Shown: piece by piece, positions 20,847 through 32,478 of the stretch
How the letters are laid out: each line of letters opens with the position of its first letter
Position numbering within the stretch: the first letter of the stretch is position 1
Source of the DNA: Thecamonas trahens ATCC 50062
Taxonomy: Eukaryota > Protista > Apusomonadida
Direction: 5' to 3'
DNA: 57,140 nucleotides
Assembly: GCF_000142905.1 (NCBI RefSeq)
Contig: NW_013657640.1
Coordinates: forward strand, 1-57,140
The notes under the pieces: model-generated
The model's database searches: none
What the model saw: the letters and a program-made list of their open reading frames with translations, nothing else
What the model was told of the DNA's origin: nothing
Made by a program: the position numbers and the translations under genes

Positions 20847-21809
20847 CGCAGTGGAGGCCACGTGGTCATCGAGAAGCTATCGCCAGCGTTTGCATCGGTG
20901 TACGGAGCGGCGAGTGTGCCGAGTGATGGCAGCGGGAGCGAGAGGCGCCCCGCAATCGACCCGTATGCGGTCGAGCCGCAGGCAATGCGGAACGCGCGCG
21001 GTGGCGATAGGCGGCGCAAGAAAAAGCGGCGGAAGCGCAAGCACAAGTCGCGGCCACAACAACGTGACGGCGGAAGCCAGTCGGCGACAAGTGGCGGTGA
21101 GTGGGGTGACGCCCACGGCGTGGCTCACGGTCTCGCCCAGGTTCCACTAGACTCGCTCATCGATCTGCAGAAGCACTTGGTCGCGCAGTCGCGCCGGCTT
21201 GCGTCGCAGGAAGAGGAGCTCCGCGCCGTGCGGCGCAAGCTCGCCGATGTCGGATCTGGCGAAGCTCGTGCGCCTGAGCGTCCGCACGATGCTGGTCGTG
21301 GGGCTGTCGGCAGCGCGGACACAGCCCAGGGCGACCTTGGTGTCGTCAAGGTTGTCCATCCGCTGGAAAACGAGGCCGTGGCGCTGTCGGACTCGCTGTT
21401 GAGTCTACGGCCGCCGTTCACGCCGGGCGGGAAGCCCAACTCGCCGCGGCGCGTGCGCCCGGGCACGACGGTCCACATTCCACCGCCGTCACCGACTCGG
21501 CCTGTCGAAAGCCTGGCCTGCTCCGGCGCCGGCCAGCCCGGTCCTGTGTCGCAGGTCCCGCGCATTGCCGTCCGACTCGACGCCGTGGACGATGCCGGTG
21601 AGCTCGAGGCAGGCTCGCTCGACGCGCTCGTGGCGTCGCTTCAGAATCAGCAGCGGGCGTACGACGCGTCGCGCAAGTCTGGTCGGTCACAATACCTGCC
21701 GCTTGTGCGGCAGCTCGAGACGAGCAGAGGCGGCAGCAGCGCAGGCATGGGCCCCGGCCTGCCGGGCGTCCCGCGAGTTCGAGTCTCGCTCCGCGAGCTT
21801 GAGCAATGA
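20661..21809 (+). CDS. Hypothetical protein with basic NLS-like cluster and short coiled coil
   Basis: Open frame; RRRKKKRRKRKHK; LIDLQKHL..EEELRAVRRKL; possible in-frame intron GTAAGT..CAG near the 5' end. Confidence 0.55.
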   Translation: MSSSTSLARLRQSKWLESVTEWLESVTGRRKEGGKTTHSDGGVGYAESPGKTPTWRDLVRTGRSGGHVVIEKLSPAFASVYGAASVPSDGSGSERRPAIDPYAVEPQAMRNARGGDRRRKKKRRKRKHKSRPQQRDGGSQSATSGGEWGDAHGVAHGLAQVPLDSLIDLQKHLVAQSRRLASQEEELRAVRRKLADVGSGEARAPERPHDAGRGAVGSADTAQGDLGVVKVVHPLENEAVALSDSLLSLRPPFTPGGKPNSPRRVRPGTTVHIPPPSPTRPVESLACSGAGQPGPVSQVPRIAVRLDAVDDAGELEAGSLDALVASLQNQQRAYDASRKSGRSQYLPLVRQLETSRGGSSAGMGPGLPGVPRVRVSLRELEQ

Positions 21810-21823
21810 TGGCGGTGGCCAAG

Positions 21824-22464
21824 TTAGCGAATGATCTGCCGCGGCGAGGTCTGGAGGGCAGCAAGGAGCCAGTCAATCGCCTCCGTCACACCGGTGCCGT
21901 CCTTGGCGCAGATAGGTGCCACGTGCATGTTGTGGTCGGGCACGTCGGTGACCCCAAAGGCGTCAGCCACCACGTCGGGGTCGATGGCGTCGTCCTTATC
22001 CATCTTGTTGCACAGCAGGAGAACTGGCGCACCAGCGAGCCTCGGATCGGCAACCACTGTGTGGAACGTTGACCGGGCCTCGTCCATCCGGACCGTGTCG
22101 GAAGAGTCGATGACGAACACCACGGCGTGTGCCTCGTTAAAGTACCGATCCCACATGCCAATCAGCGACCGCTGGCCGCCCACGTCCCAGGTCACCAGGA
22201 CCTCCGTCCAATTGGGATGCGCGCGACTGTGCCAAAACGTGAGTGAGTGGAGAGGGAAGTAAGAGGACAAGGAGTGAGAAGGATGCACAACGTACGGTTC
22301 AGCCCCACAGTGGGCGTGATCTTCTCTTCCGGCAGCGGATCCATGCCCAGGTACATCGACTTCATCTGCTCCAGCAACGTCTATACACATGTCCGTTCTC
22401 ACTATGAGTTGTGTCACCCCCGACACCATACACCGCCGACATCTGACGGGTTGTGCGTCCATCA

Positions 22465-22497
<33 letters not shown>

Positions 22498-22725
22498 CGT
22501 CGACCAATACGATCATTGTCGCGTCGTATCCGTCGATCAGACCGCAGCCACCACCATCACCACGATCAGGCCACCACATCGCGCAGGCCACCACATCGCG
22601 CAGGCCACCACATCGATCAGCAGCACTACGTCCGCGCTCTATCGATCATCCCCACCAGCATGACCTTGACCAACCAACCAACCCCGCCTGCGTCCCCTGC
22701 CCCGTCCCGGTCACCTCATATCCAG

Positions 22726-22819
<94 letters not shown>

Positions 22820-22921
22820 CACGCATACCGTCTTGCCAGCATAGTCTAGACCCACAATAAGGGTAAACAGCTCGGTCTTGGTGAACAGATACTTCCACAG
22901 GCCGGAGAGGAGGGAGAACAT
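21824..22921 (-). CDS. ARFRP1: ARF-related protein 1 (Arl3p-type GTPase); exons 22921-22829, 22380-22296, 22226-21824 with a 1-nt break near 22204
   Basis: MFSLLSGLWKYLF, GLDYAGKTTLLEQMK, ITPTVGLN, WDVGGQ, WDRYF, NKMD, CAKDGTGV. Confidence 0.92.
22726..22817. repeat. (CA)n microsatellite in ARFRP1 intron 1
   Basis: Perfect CA run of about 45 units. Confidence 0.98.
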
Positions 22922-23400
22922 GGCTTCCAGCCGAGTCGAGTGCCTTCCCGCCTTGTCGCCCAACCCGGCCCTGTTGTTGCTGCTGTCCGCCCCGCGCTCC
23001 GCTACCTACCACACCAGCTCAGTTCAACCCCCTGTCTGTAGCAGAGTCGATCGGTGTATGACACTGCGTCTAAACAGCATGGCCGATCAGAGGTTGTCAT
23101 CAGGTGCCCGGCCTTCATCGCCACCCATCGCCACCCATCACACACATATACACACGCGCGCACACACACACATACACACACGGCTAAACAACCACCTGTA
23201 GTGGCCACATCTATCCCTGCCGGTCCGCGATTCAATGGAGACACATGCAGAGATACGCCTCATCCGATTGCAGCAAAAACTTGGGCCTGGTACATGGCAT
23301 CTTACATAGCAAAGACCGCCATGCACGCATCAGCAAAGACCGCCCTGTGTGCATCAGCAAGTCACGTTGTGGATGCGCCCGACTGCAGACTGTGGCAAAG

Positions 23401-23937
23401 CTACAGATCGTCGTGGATGTTCTCCGGAAGATCGATGGTGGTCTTGAGCTCGTCCGCCTCACGACCAGCAATGGCAGCAAGCACCTCCAGGATGTGATCA
23501 CTCGGCTCGAGGTCCTCCATCGAGTAGTGGAGCTCGACTTCGCAGCCTCTGCCCGAGAACTGTTCGGTAGCGAGAGCGATCTCTGTCCGGAGCTCGAGGA
23601 AGGGCAGAGCGTCTGTGGAAGGCAGTGCGACAGCGAGCAGAACAAGCGACCAGGCATCGTTCTCGACGTCTGCAGTGACCTCGTCGAGGACATGAGACAT
23701 AGCTACCGGCACACTTCCGGGTGGAAACACTACATACGCGTCCTTCTCCGGTCCAGCCACTTGCTCGCGCCCGAGTGCCTCGGCCGCAGCACCTGCCGAT
23801 GTCGAGATGGCAGCAAAGACGTCAGAGCACGAGGCGTCGAGGAGCGAGAGCCCCGGTGCAGATGCTGCTGCAGTACTGATGACAAGGCAGAAGAGCGCAA
23901 GGGTACCAGCCGCATGCATCCATCGAGAGAGAGACAT
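23401..23937 (-). CDS. Small acidic protein with signal peptide and C-terminal HDDL (probable ER-lumen resident)
   Basis: MSLSRWMHAAGTLALFCLVISTAAA signal-like; ends ENIHDDL-stop; start uncertain. Confidence 0.55.
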   Translation of the reverse strand: MSLSRWMHAAGTLALFCLVISTAAASAPGLSLLDASCSDVFAAISTSAGAAAEALGREQVAGPEKDAYVVFPPGSVPVAMSHVLDEVTADVENDAWSLVLLAVALPSTDALPFLELRTEIALATEQFSGRGCEVELHYSMEDLEPSDHILEVLAAIAGREADELKTTIDLPENIHDDL

Positions 23938-24289
23938 CGCCAGTCTCACGGTATCAAGATCAAGAGAGGTGATGCCGTACTCGGTGTCTGCACACACAAA
24001 CACACACACGCCCGATCACACACACACACACACACACACACATAAATATATATATATACATACACACATGCACACACACATACATACACACACACACACA
24101 TCCGCGCGCATCAATGTGCCCCCTAAGGTCCCGATCATCACATCCATGATCTCTCACCCCTCCACCCCCGCTGCCGCCCGCTGGCGTTTGGCGCTCGCCC
24201 CCACAGATTCTACCGCTGGCGCCACCGACCGAGCCAGCCACGACCACCACACTCGGTGACCTTTGGAGGGCGGGGAGGAGGACGAGAGT

Positions 24290-24956
24290 ATGGCATACTA
24301 CGACATTGACGCCATTCTGCTTGATGACCAGATAGTGCCTGCCCACTTTAACACCGCCGCCATGGACCTCGGAGTGCTAGACCCGTCGACTCCGTCACCA
24401 CACGTACGTACTGCCTTGCCTTGGCCTCAACAAGATAGAGCACACCACACCGCCATCACTCACTCATCCACGCACTTCATGGTCACTGCTGGCACAGATC
24501 GATCAAGGAACCGAGACGGACATCCCACTTTGGCTCGCACTGTCTCTGGCCAAGCGGAGCATTGTCACACTACGCTCGCCGTCGTTCTTTGGCGAGTCGT
24601 TCCAGGCCCATCTTCTCGCTGATGCCCAGGTCCTCAACATCCACGACAAATGTCCGTTCTTTTACGAGCTCGGCGTCAAGCTAGCAAAGCTGACCGGCAA
24701 CTGGGCTCTACCGGCTGTTCTCAAGAAGGCCTTCCACACTCGCTACCTCCGTATCGTCGACACCTCGATCAACCTCGGTGCCGCAGACTACTCGGAGCAC
24801 ATCCGCAAGCTCACCACCGCAGAGCGCAACCTGTTCCATCTCGGCCACGCCGCGGCAGCAGAGGTTCTCCGCTACAAGACCCGTGACACAGACCGCCTGG
24901 CCGCATCGGCCGTCGTCACCCGCAAGCGTCGCCGTGCTGCGCTCGGCAAAAAGTAG
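24290..24956 (+). CDS. GINS3: GINS complex subunit Psf3; exons 24290-24403 and 24498-24956
   Basis: MAYYDIDAILLDDQ; GTACGT..CAG intron; IPLWLA, LLADA, CPFFYELG and KLTTAERNLF in exon 2, which the ORF track does not report in this frame. Confidence 0.92.
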
Positions 24957-24974
24957 ACGCTCCCAGTTAAACCG

Positions 24975-27519
24975 TCAGTACCGCGAGAACTTGGCTCCGG
25001 CATACCGTGTGCGATGCGTTGTGCCTGATGCCCGCAACAGAGGCCCGCCGCCGCCGCCGCCTCCCTTGCCCATGCCCATTCCAGAGCTGCTGCCGCGCGG
25101 TGGGTACCCACTGCCTGTCCCGCTAGCCCCACTTGCTGCCCCAGTCCGGCCCGCCCCGATGCCGCCCAGTGCGGCGAACGGGTTGAGCGACCGCGGCCGC
25201 ATTCCAGTCCGTGATGACGATGACAGCCGCGACGATGCCCGCGGCTGGCTCGCTGCCGGTCCAGCGGCAGATCCGGGCCCGGGCCCGCCTGCTCCGCTGT
25301 AACGCTGCGCGCCCGCCCGGGCCGCTGCCAGCCCAGGCAGAGGGTCCGTCGAGTACAGTGGCGTCCGCCGCCCCGGCATCGCTGCCGGTCCTGCTGTGCT
25401 CCGCTGCACGCCGTACGCGTCGCGGACCGGCCCGCGCTCGCGCCCATACCCACCACCGTATCCACCGACTCCGCCGCCGCCGACTTGGCCCGCCCCGCCG
25501 TCGTCCGAGTCGGACGACGAGCCAAAGGCAAACTCGTACTGATTGTTGCGCGTCCGCGGCGCGGCTGCACGGACCCGTGGCGGCTGCGACGCCCGCCCCA
25601 CCGTGCCACGCGGTTGCGGTTTGCTGCTCCGCGCCGACGAGCCCGGCAGCAACGACGACGACGACGACGATGACGAGAGCAGCTCAAAGTCGTCCAGTGC
25701 CGTCTTGGCCCTTCGCGCGGCGGGCTTGGCGCCCGAAAACGCGTCGAGTGCATCCAGCTCGTCGTCCGAGATCTCCAGGTCAAACTCGCCGCCGGCCTTG
25801 CTTCTACCGCCGCCATACACCCCGCCGCCTCCGTACGCCCCTCCGCCTCCGTAAGCTCCACCGCTCCCGCCACCAGCCACACCCGTCGCTCCGCTCATGC
25901 CCTGCGACATGACGCGCGGCAGCCGCGACCGTGGAGGGTACGCCGAGTCGAGGTCGTCCGAGTCCGAGTCAGACGACAGAGCAAAGCCGCTGCGGCCGTC
26001 TCCTGTGCCACTGCTGCCTTTGCCTCCGCCCGCCCCGCCGTACGTCCCGCGCCCGATGCCGGCCAACGCAGCCTTGGCGCCCGGCGGCGATACGCTTGCC
26101 TTGGCCGGCGAACGGCCCGGCGCACGGCCTGCCCGCAGCGGGCGTAGCGGTGCAGGCGGTGCAATGGCCAGCGAGAAGAACGGGTGCCGGAGTGCGTCCT
26201 CGGCAGAGAGCCGCTTCTTCGGGTCCCAATGCATCAGCGACTTCATCAGGTCGAGGCCTTCGTCTGATGCGTTCGAGATGAGCGACGACAGCGGCGTCTC
26301 GGCCACCTGCGGAAAGGCGTAGCCCATCTTGGCCGCCAATTTCATGCCCTCCGGCCACTCGCGTGCCGACGGCGTGCCCAGCACCGAGCAGATCCGGAAC
26401 AGCTGGTCCATCTCGGTCGAGCCCGGAAAAAGCGGCCGGAGCGTGTAAAGCTCCGCCATGATGGTGCCCACCGCCCACACGTCCACTGGTGAGTTGTACG
26501 TCGTCGACCGCAGCAGCACCTCGGGCGCCCGGTACCACCGCGTCGACACATACTCGGTGTACGGCGGTCGCGACCGGATCTCTCGCGCAAGCCCAAAGTC
26601 TGCAATCTTGCACAGCTCGTCGCCCTTGACCAGAATGTTTTCCGGCTTGATGTCGCGGTGGAAGAACGCGTTGGTGTGCATGTAGTGCAAGCCCTGCAGG
26701 ATCTGGAACACAAGGTTGCGCACCCGCGACTCGGACAGCAGTTTGGTCCGTGCCTTGGTCATCTGATACAAGTTGCCGTCCAGAAACTCAAAGACAAAGA
26801 ACAGCTCGTCGTTCTCGCGGATCACCTCTTTGAGCTTGACAATGTTCGGATGGTTGAGCTTCTTGAGCGACTGTCCCTCCACCAGCCCGCACCACCACAT
26901 ACAAGTGCACCCATGCGCACAGAGTCGCAAAGCAGCAACAGCAGCAAAAGCCGCACACAACAGAAACGCCGCTGCCCATGTGAGTTGGTCCTCTCTATAT
27001 ATACACTCCCACCTCGTCTCGTTCGCTCTACCAGGGGGGGGGGGGGGGGGAGGGCAGGGGGACCTTGCCACGCACTGGCGTGTTGTGAACAGCGCCAGTT
27101 GGCGATCATGATCGGGAGCAACGCACCTTGACCTCGCGAAGGGCCATGCATTCGTCCCAAGAGTAGAACTTCTGCTTCATCTTTTTGATGGCAACCTGCA
27201 CATCACCATGTAGCCCATGCTCGCCGTGAGTACTCTGTCGCATTCGCTATCCTCTGCCATGCATATTTGCCTGCAATAGCCGAGCAAGAGCCGAAGAAGG
27301 TCGTAGACGCGCGCCAAAACAACCGCCACAGCCTTTGCACACCGCTCACCAGCCGACACACACACACATACACACACGCACACACGCACACACATGCACT
27401 CCATATCACTCTGCCGACAACACCACACGTACCACCTCCCCACTCGACTTGTCGGTGGCCTTGAACACCGCGCCGAACGTTCCGTCGCCCAGCTTGGACG
27501 ACACTGCATACTTTTGCAT
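24975..27519 (-). CDS. MAK: MAK/ICK (CILK1)-family RCK kinase; exons 27519-27433, 27195-27127, 26870-24975
   Basis: [71 protein letters not shown]; long G/S-rich tail. Confidence 0.95.
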
Positions 27520-28148
27520 AGTCGGCCAGCCGAGCGGGGTGTGCTGATTCACCGAACGGTCGCCGACTCGGCACTGACTCGGCACTGACTCGGCCTCGAC
27601 TCGGCCCCGACTCTGGTCCGACTTGTCGCGGTGCCTGTCGACGACGGATGCGATCGGTTCGCGGAAGAACATGCTTGCCTGACAGCACACCATCTCGATT
27701 GCTGACACACTCGCCGATCTCCACCTTGTCTCGGTGGCGATCTGACTCGGGCCCGCACAGCGGGACGAGGCGAGGAGCGACGGCATGCCGTGGATGCAGG
27801 TCGCGACGAGAGTCAGCTGCAGCAGGAGAGCATCACGGTTGCAGACTTATCAATACCAAGATGAAAAACAAGCAGGATGATGCGGCGGGATGCATCACTT
27901 GATATCAAAAGCGGCGCGGCGTGATTGAGAGGCAGCCGTTGTTGACGACGTCATGACGGAATCAAGGGCCAAGGTCAAGAATTTTTCATCAATCATCACA
28001 TGAACAAGACCATGTCACGGGCAGCTGGTAGTGCTAGCTGTTGCGGAGGCAGGCCTACCCTCGCCACCAACACCTCGCTCTCTCCCTCTCTTTACTCTCC
28101 ACACACGCTCACCCCCAACTCTACCACAAACTCCCTTACTCTCTCAAC

Positions 28149-30197
28149 ATGAGCCAGGGCAAGAAGGAAGCCAGCTCGGTTCCCGAGGGCTACCAGGTCG
28201 AGCCGCGTCTCGGTACGGTGCCCGCCCCCCCCCCCCCCCCCTCCCTCCCCTGTTCCCCTTCATTCAGCCACATCGACCCATGTGACTTCCCATGGCCACC
28301 CCCTTCGACCCCACACTGCCTCCTGCTGGCGCACACACACACACGTTCACGCTCCCCACACACATGCATGCACAAGCATACACATACCCTCAACTCCTCA
28401 CCTCTCCTTACACTAACCCTTCCCTCACCTCGCCTTCCTCCCACACGTAGACTACCGCACGGTGACCGAGGTCAATGGTCCGCTGGTGATTCTCGACAAT
28501 GTCAAGGTACGGACGAAAACGAGTGTGTAGCCGACATGGAGAGATGGCCATCAGTTGGGAAAGGATATGCTGACATCCTCGCCCACGGACAACATGTGTG
28601 TACATGACTGTGTGTGTGTATATATTTGTGTGTGTGTGTGTGTGTGGTTGCTACACACACGCACACCATACCCCCTCCCCCCCCCCGCTCTGCTCCCTCC
28701 TCCCCCCCCCCTCCCCCCTCTGCGCTCATCACTACCCACACTCACACCTCCCCACCCACACTCACTTTTTTTCTGTCGGGCAACATCAATCTCTCCCTTC
28801 TGCTGCTGTGGGGGTTTGAATGACGCTCTGCTCTGCATGCGGCCGGCGTGTAGTTTCCCAAATATGCGGAGATTGTCAACGTGACGTTGGCAGACGGGAC
28901 GGTCCGGCGCGGCAAGGTGCTCGAGGTGTCGGGCGGACGTGCTGTTGTGCAGGTGTTTGAAGGCACGACCGGCATTGATGCGCGGCACTCGCGGGTCGAG
29001 TTTACCGGTGACGTGCTGCGGATGCCTGTCTCGCGCGACATGCTCGGGCGGACGTTCAACGGGTCGGGCAAGCCTATCGATGGCGGCGCGCCGATTCTGG
29101 CCGAGGCCTTCCTCGACGTTGAGGGCCAGGCGGTGAACCCTGCAACGCGGACGTACCCGGAGGAGATGATCGAGACGGGCATTTCGACGATCGACGTGAT
29201 GAACTCGATTGCGCGCGGGCAGAAGATTCCGCTCTTCTCTGCCGCCGGACTCCCGCACAACGCCATTGCCGCGCAGGTGTGCCGGCAGGCAGACCTTGTC
29301 GACAAGGAGGCCGGCTCTGAGTTTGCGGTGGTGTTTGCGGCGATGGGTGTGAACCAGGAAGTTGCTCGGTTCTTCCAGCAGGACTTTGAGACGTCGGGCG
29401 CATCGGAGCGTGTCTGCCTCTTCCTCAACCTCGCTTCGGACCCGACGATCGAGCGCATCGTGACGCCGCGGCTGGCGCTGACGACGGCCGAGTTTCTGGC
29501 CTTCGAGTGCGGCATGCACGTGCTGGTCATCATGACCGACCTCACCTCGTACGCCGACGCGCTGCGCGAGGTCTCGTCGGCCCGTGAAGAGGTGCCCGGC
29601 CGCCGTGGCTACCCGGGTTACATGTACTCGGACCTGGCGTCGCTGCTTGAGCGCGCCGGCCGTGTCGACGGCCGCCCGGGCTCCATCACCCAGCTGCCCA
29701 TCCTCACCATGCCCAACGACGACATCACCCACCCGGTCCCGGATCTCACCGGCTTTATTACCGAGGGACAGGTCTTTGTCGATCGCGCGCTCTACCGCCG
29801 CGAGCTCTACCCGCCCATCGGTGTTCTGCCCTCGCTCTCGCGGCTGATGAAGTCGGCCATCGGCGAGGGCATGACTCGCGACGACCACTCGGAAGTCTCC
29901 AACCAGCTCTACGCCGCCGTCGCCATCGGCAACGACGTCGAGGCCATGAAGGCCGTCGTCGGTGACGACGCCCTCACCCCCGAAGACATGCTCTACCTGG
30001 CCTTCAAGGACCAGTTTGAGAACAAGTTTGTCTCGCAGGGCCCTTACGAGTCGCGCACCATCGAGCAGTCGCTTGACCTCGCCTGGTCGCTCCTCCGCCA
30101 GTTCCCGGCAAAGATGCTCAAGCGCATCAAGGCCTCCACCAAGGACAAGTACTACAACCGCCGCTCCGCCGCGGGTGTCGGTGCTGGCCCCAAGTGA
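28149..30197 (+). CDS. ATP6V1B: V-type H+-ATPase subunit B; exons 28149-28212, 28451-28506, 28854-30197
   Basis: [30 protein letters not shown] after splicing; [53 protein letters not shown]. Confidence 0.97.
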
Positions 30198-30281
30198 GCG
30201 GACGCCCTCTCCCTCCCCCTCCGCACATTCCCACGTAAACAATCAAAATGCGTGTCTACTGGCCTGCCGCCCAGCTACCGA

Positions 30282-31088
30282 CTACCGCAGCGGCGGCGGG
30301 AGCCGTGCCACAGCTCCCAGCTCGTCCACGTTCTCGTCGCTGTTGGGCGAGCCCATGCTCGCTCTCGCTCCAGACTCCCTCACCAAGTCTGCCACTGATG
30401 ACGCGCGAACCGAGAGCACCGCAGCCAGCGGATCGCGCTGATCGACTTGGCCGAGCTCGACAGCCTCACGGTTCGATCCCCGACGCGAACGCTTGGCGCC
30501 GCGCTGTTGCGGCGTGCCGACGGCGCCGACAGGAATCGGTGTGAGAGCCGCCCCGCTGCCGCTCACGGGTGAGACCGACGAAGGCGCGGCGTAGACCTCC
30601 GACGTCCGGTCGATGCCCTCGTCGATGAACTTGATGCTGCCGTTCTCTACCTCGTTGTCGCTGCCGTCGTCGTCGGCCAAGTGCGGTCCACCAGGCGTGA
30701 CCCGATGGCGGTTGACGACTGGCGCCGAGTACTCGAGAGCCATTAGATCGCGCGACTTGGACGGAACATGCGTAGTGGTACCATGAGTGGTGTGGAAGGT
30801 TTGGATCATGGCTGCGAGACGCGCGCCCTGCGACTCGTGCTCTGCGCCTCCTTGGCATGCAGGCTAGAGACGCTGTGAGTTTCATGGCTTTTTCCGGAGA
30901 TCGGTAATTCTAACTCTGATCGCGTTTTCGTTGTAACTCACCTCTCCCGATGACGGCACAGCCGGCGGATGCGACGCATCACTTGGGTCGGACTCGCCCG
31001 TCGGGTCAGCAAAGAACGCCTTGAGCTGTGAGAGCTGCTGCTGCTGCTTCCGCGCCCGTGTGCGCGAGCCTCCGGTCCACTTGAACAT
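30282..31088 (-). CDS. Hypothetical protein, candidate HEIP1/REDIC1 (C12orf40) family; exons 31088-30942 and probably 30827-30282
   Basis: N-terminal MFKWTGGSRTR..QLKAFF and a later SRDLMAL; GTGAGT donor at 30941, in-frame CAG acceptor at 30828. Confidence 0.5.
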
Positions 31089-31166
31089 GAATGATGGAGA
31101 AGTGTGGTGGCAAGGAGAGTTTTTTTACAGGGCCGGCCGCCATGGCAGCGTCAACCGCACAAGCCA

Positions 31167-32312
31167 TTATGCCACGTAGATCTTGATGACCTGATCGGGC
31201 GAGAACGATGCGCGACAGATCGGGCAGGAAGAAAGCGGCTGGGCACACTCGAGGCAGAGCGCGAGGTGGCCGCAGACGGAGAGGACGGCTGTTCGCGGCG
31301 CGTCCATGCACACCACACACGACTCGTCCTCATCGTCATCGACATCGTCGTGTGGAAGCCCGCTCGAGCTAGGCAAAGGCGAGGTGGACGAGGCCGATAC
31401 CGGCGCGTGGCCGCGGACCAGTGAGCAAGCGCGACATGCGATGCGGTAGCTAAAGTTGTGATGGCTGCACGCTGGGCAGCGCCAGTCGCCGTCGCGCTGC
31501 TGCGGAGCCAATGTTGCTTTTGGCGACAGGCATGATCGACAGCTGGTACGCACTGCAAAGTTGGAAGTCGTGCACTTGGTGCATGTCCAGTTTGCCACTG
31601 TGGCCACCGGCGACGGCTTGGCAGCACCGCAGTCACGGCACACGCTTCGCGATCCAAAGTTGTGTCCGCTGCATGCTGCGCAGTCCCAATCGCCTGCACG
31701 GCGCGGCGGTGCGGCTGACGTCGCACCCACCGACACCCGTGCGGACGCCGGCGCCGGCTTGGCAGCACCGCAGTCGCGGCACACGCTTCGCGATCCAAAG
31801 TTGTGTCCGCTGCATGCTGCGCAGTCCCAATCGCCCGCACGGCGCGGCGGTGCGGCTGACGTCGCACCCACCGACACCCGTGCGGACGCCGGCGCCGGCT
31901 TGGCAGCACCGCAGTCGCGGCACACGCTTCGCGATCCAAAGTTGTGTCCGCTGCATGCTGCGCAGTCCCAATCGCCTGCACGGCGCGGCGGTGCGGCTGA
32001 CGTCGCACCCACCGACACCCGTGCGGACGCCGGCGCCGGCTTGGCAGCACCGCAGTCGCGGCACACGCTTCGCGATCCAAAGTTGTGTCCGCTGCATGCT
32101 GCGCAGTCCCAATCGCCTGCACGGCGCGGCGGTGCGGCTGACGTCGCACCCACCGACACCCGTGCGGACGCCGGCGCCGGCTTGGCAGCACCGCAGTCGC
32201 GGCACACGCTTCGCGATCCAAAGTTGTGTCCGCTGCATGCTGCGCAGTCCCAGTCGCCTGCACGGCGTGATGGCACCGACGAGTTGCTTCCCATGTGCCT
32301 GGTTCGAGGCAT
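31167..32312 (-). CDS. Multi RanBP2-type zinc-finger protein with C-terminal RING (IAP/MDM2-like); putative E3 ligase
   Basis: Seven W-x-C-xx-C-xxx-N-F-xx-R-xx-C-xx-C units; CVVCMD..CGHLALCLECA..CPICR; start uncertain. Confidence 0.88.
   Translation of the reverse strand: MPRTRHMGSNSSVPSRRAGDWDCAACSGHNFGSRSVCRDCGAAKPAPASARVSVGATSAAPPRRAGDWDCAACSGHNFGSRSVCRDCGAAKPAPASARVSVGATSAAPPRRAGDWDCAACSGHNFGSRSVCRDCGAAKPAPASARVSVGATSAAPPRRAGDWDCAACSGHNFGSRSVCRDCGAAKPAPASARVSVGATSAAPPRRAGDWDCAACSGHNFGSRSVCRDCGAAKPSPVATVANWTCTKCTTSNFAVRTSCRSCLSPKATLAPQQRDGDWRCPACSHHNFSYRIACRACSLVRGHAPVSASSTSPLPSSSGLPHDDVDDDEDESCVVCMDAPRTAVLSVCGHLALCLECAQPLSSCPICRASFSPDQVIKIYVA
31614..32266. repeat. Coding 141-bp tandem repeat, about 4.6 nearly identical units
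   Basis: 47-aa unit GDWDCAACSGHNFGSRSVCRDCGAAKPAPASARVSVGATSAAPPRRA. Confidence 0.97.
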
Positions 32313-32478
32313 ACTAAGGCTGTTGTGGCTGTTGTCGCGGCGAGTCGATGCGTGCTGGCACGGCCTTTTTCAATGCACTCCAACTCCATCGTTCCACCAC
32401 GACAAGCCGGTATTGACTCGCCAGCACGTCTACCACCATCGATCGACTCGAGAACGCTGGACTCACATGGGTTAGGCA

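Noticed and set aside
31614-32266. Mobile element or CRISPR
   Set aside because: In-frame 141-bp coding repeat of zinc fingers
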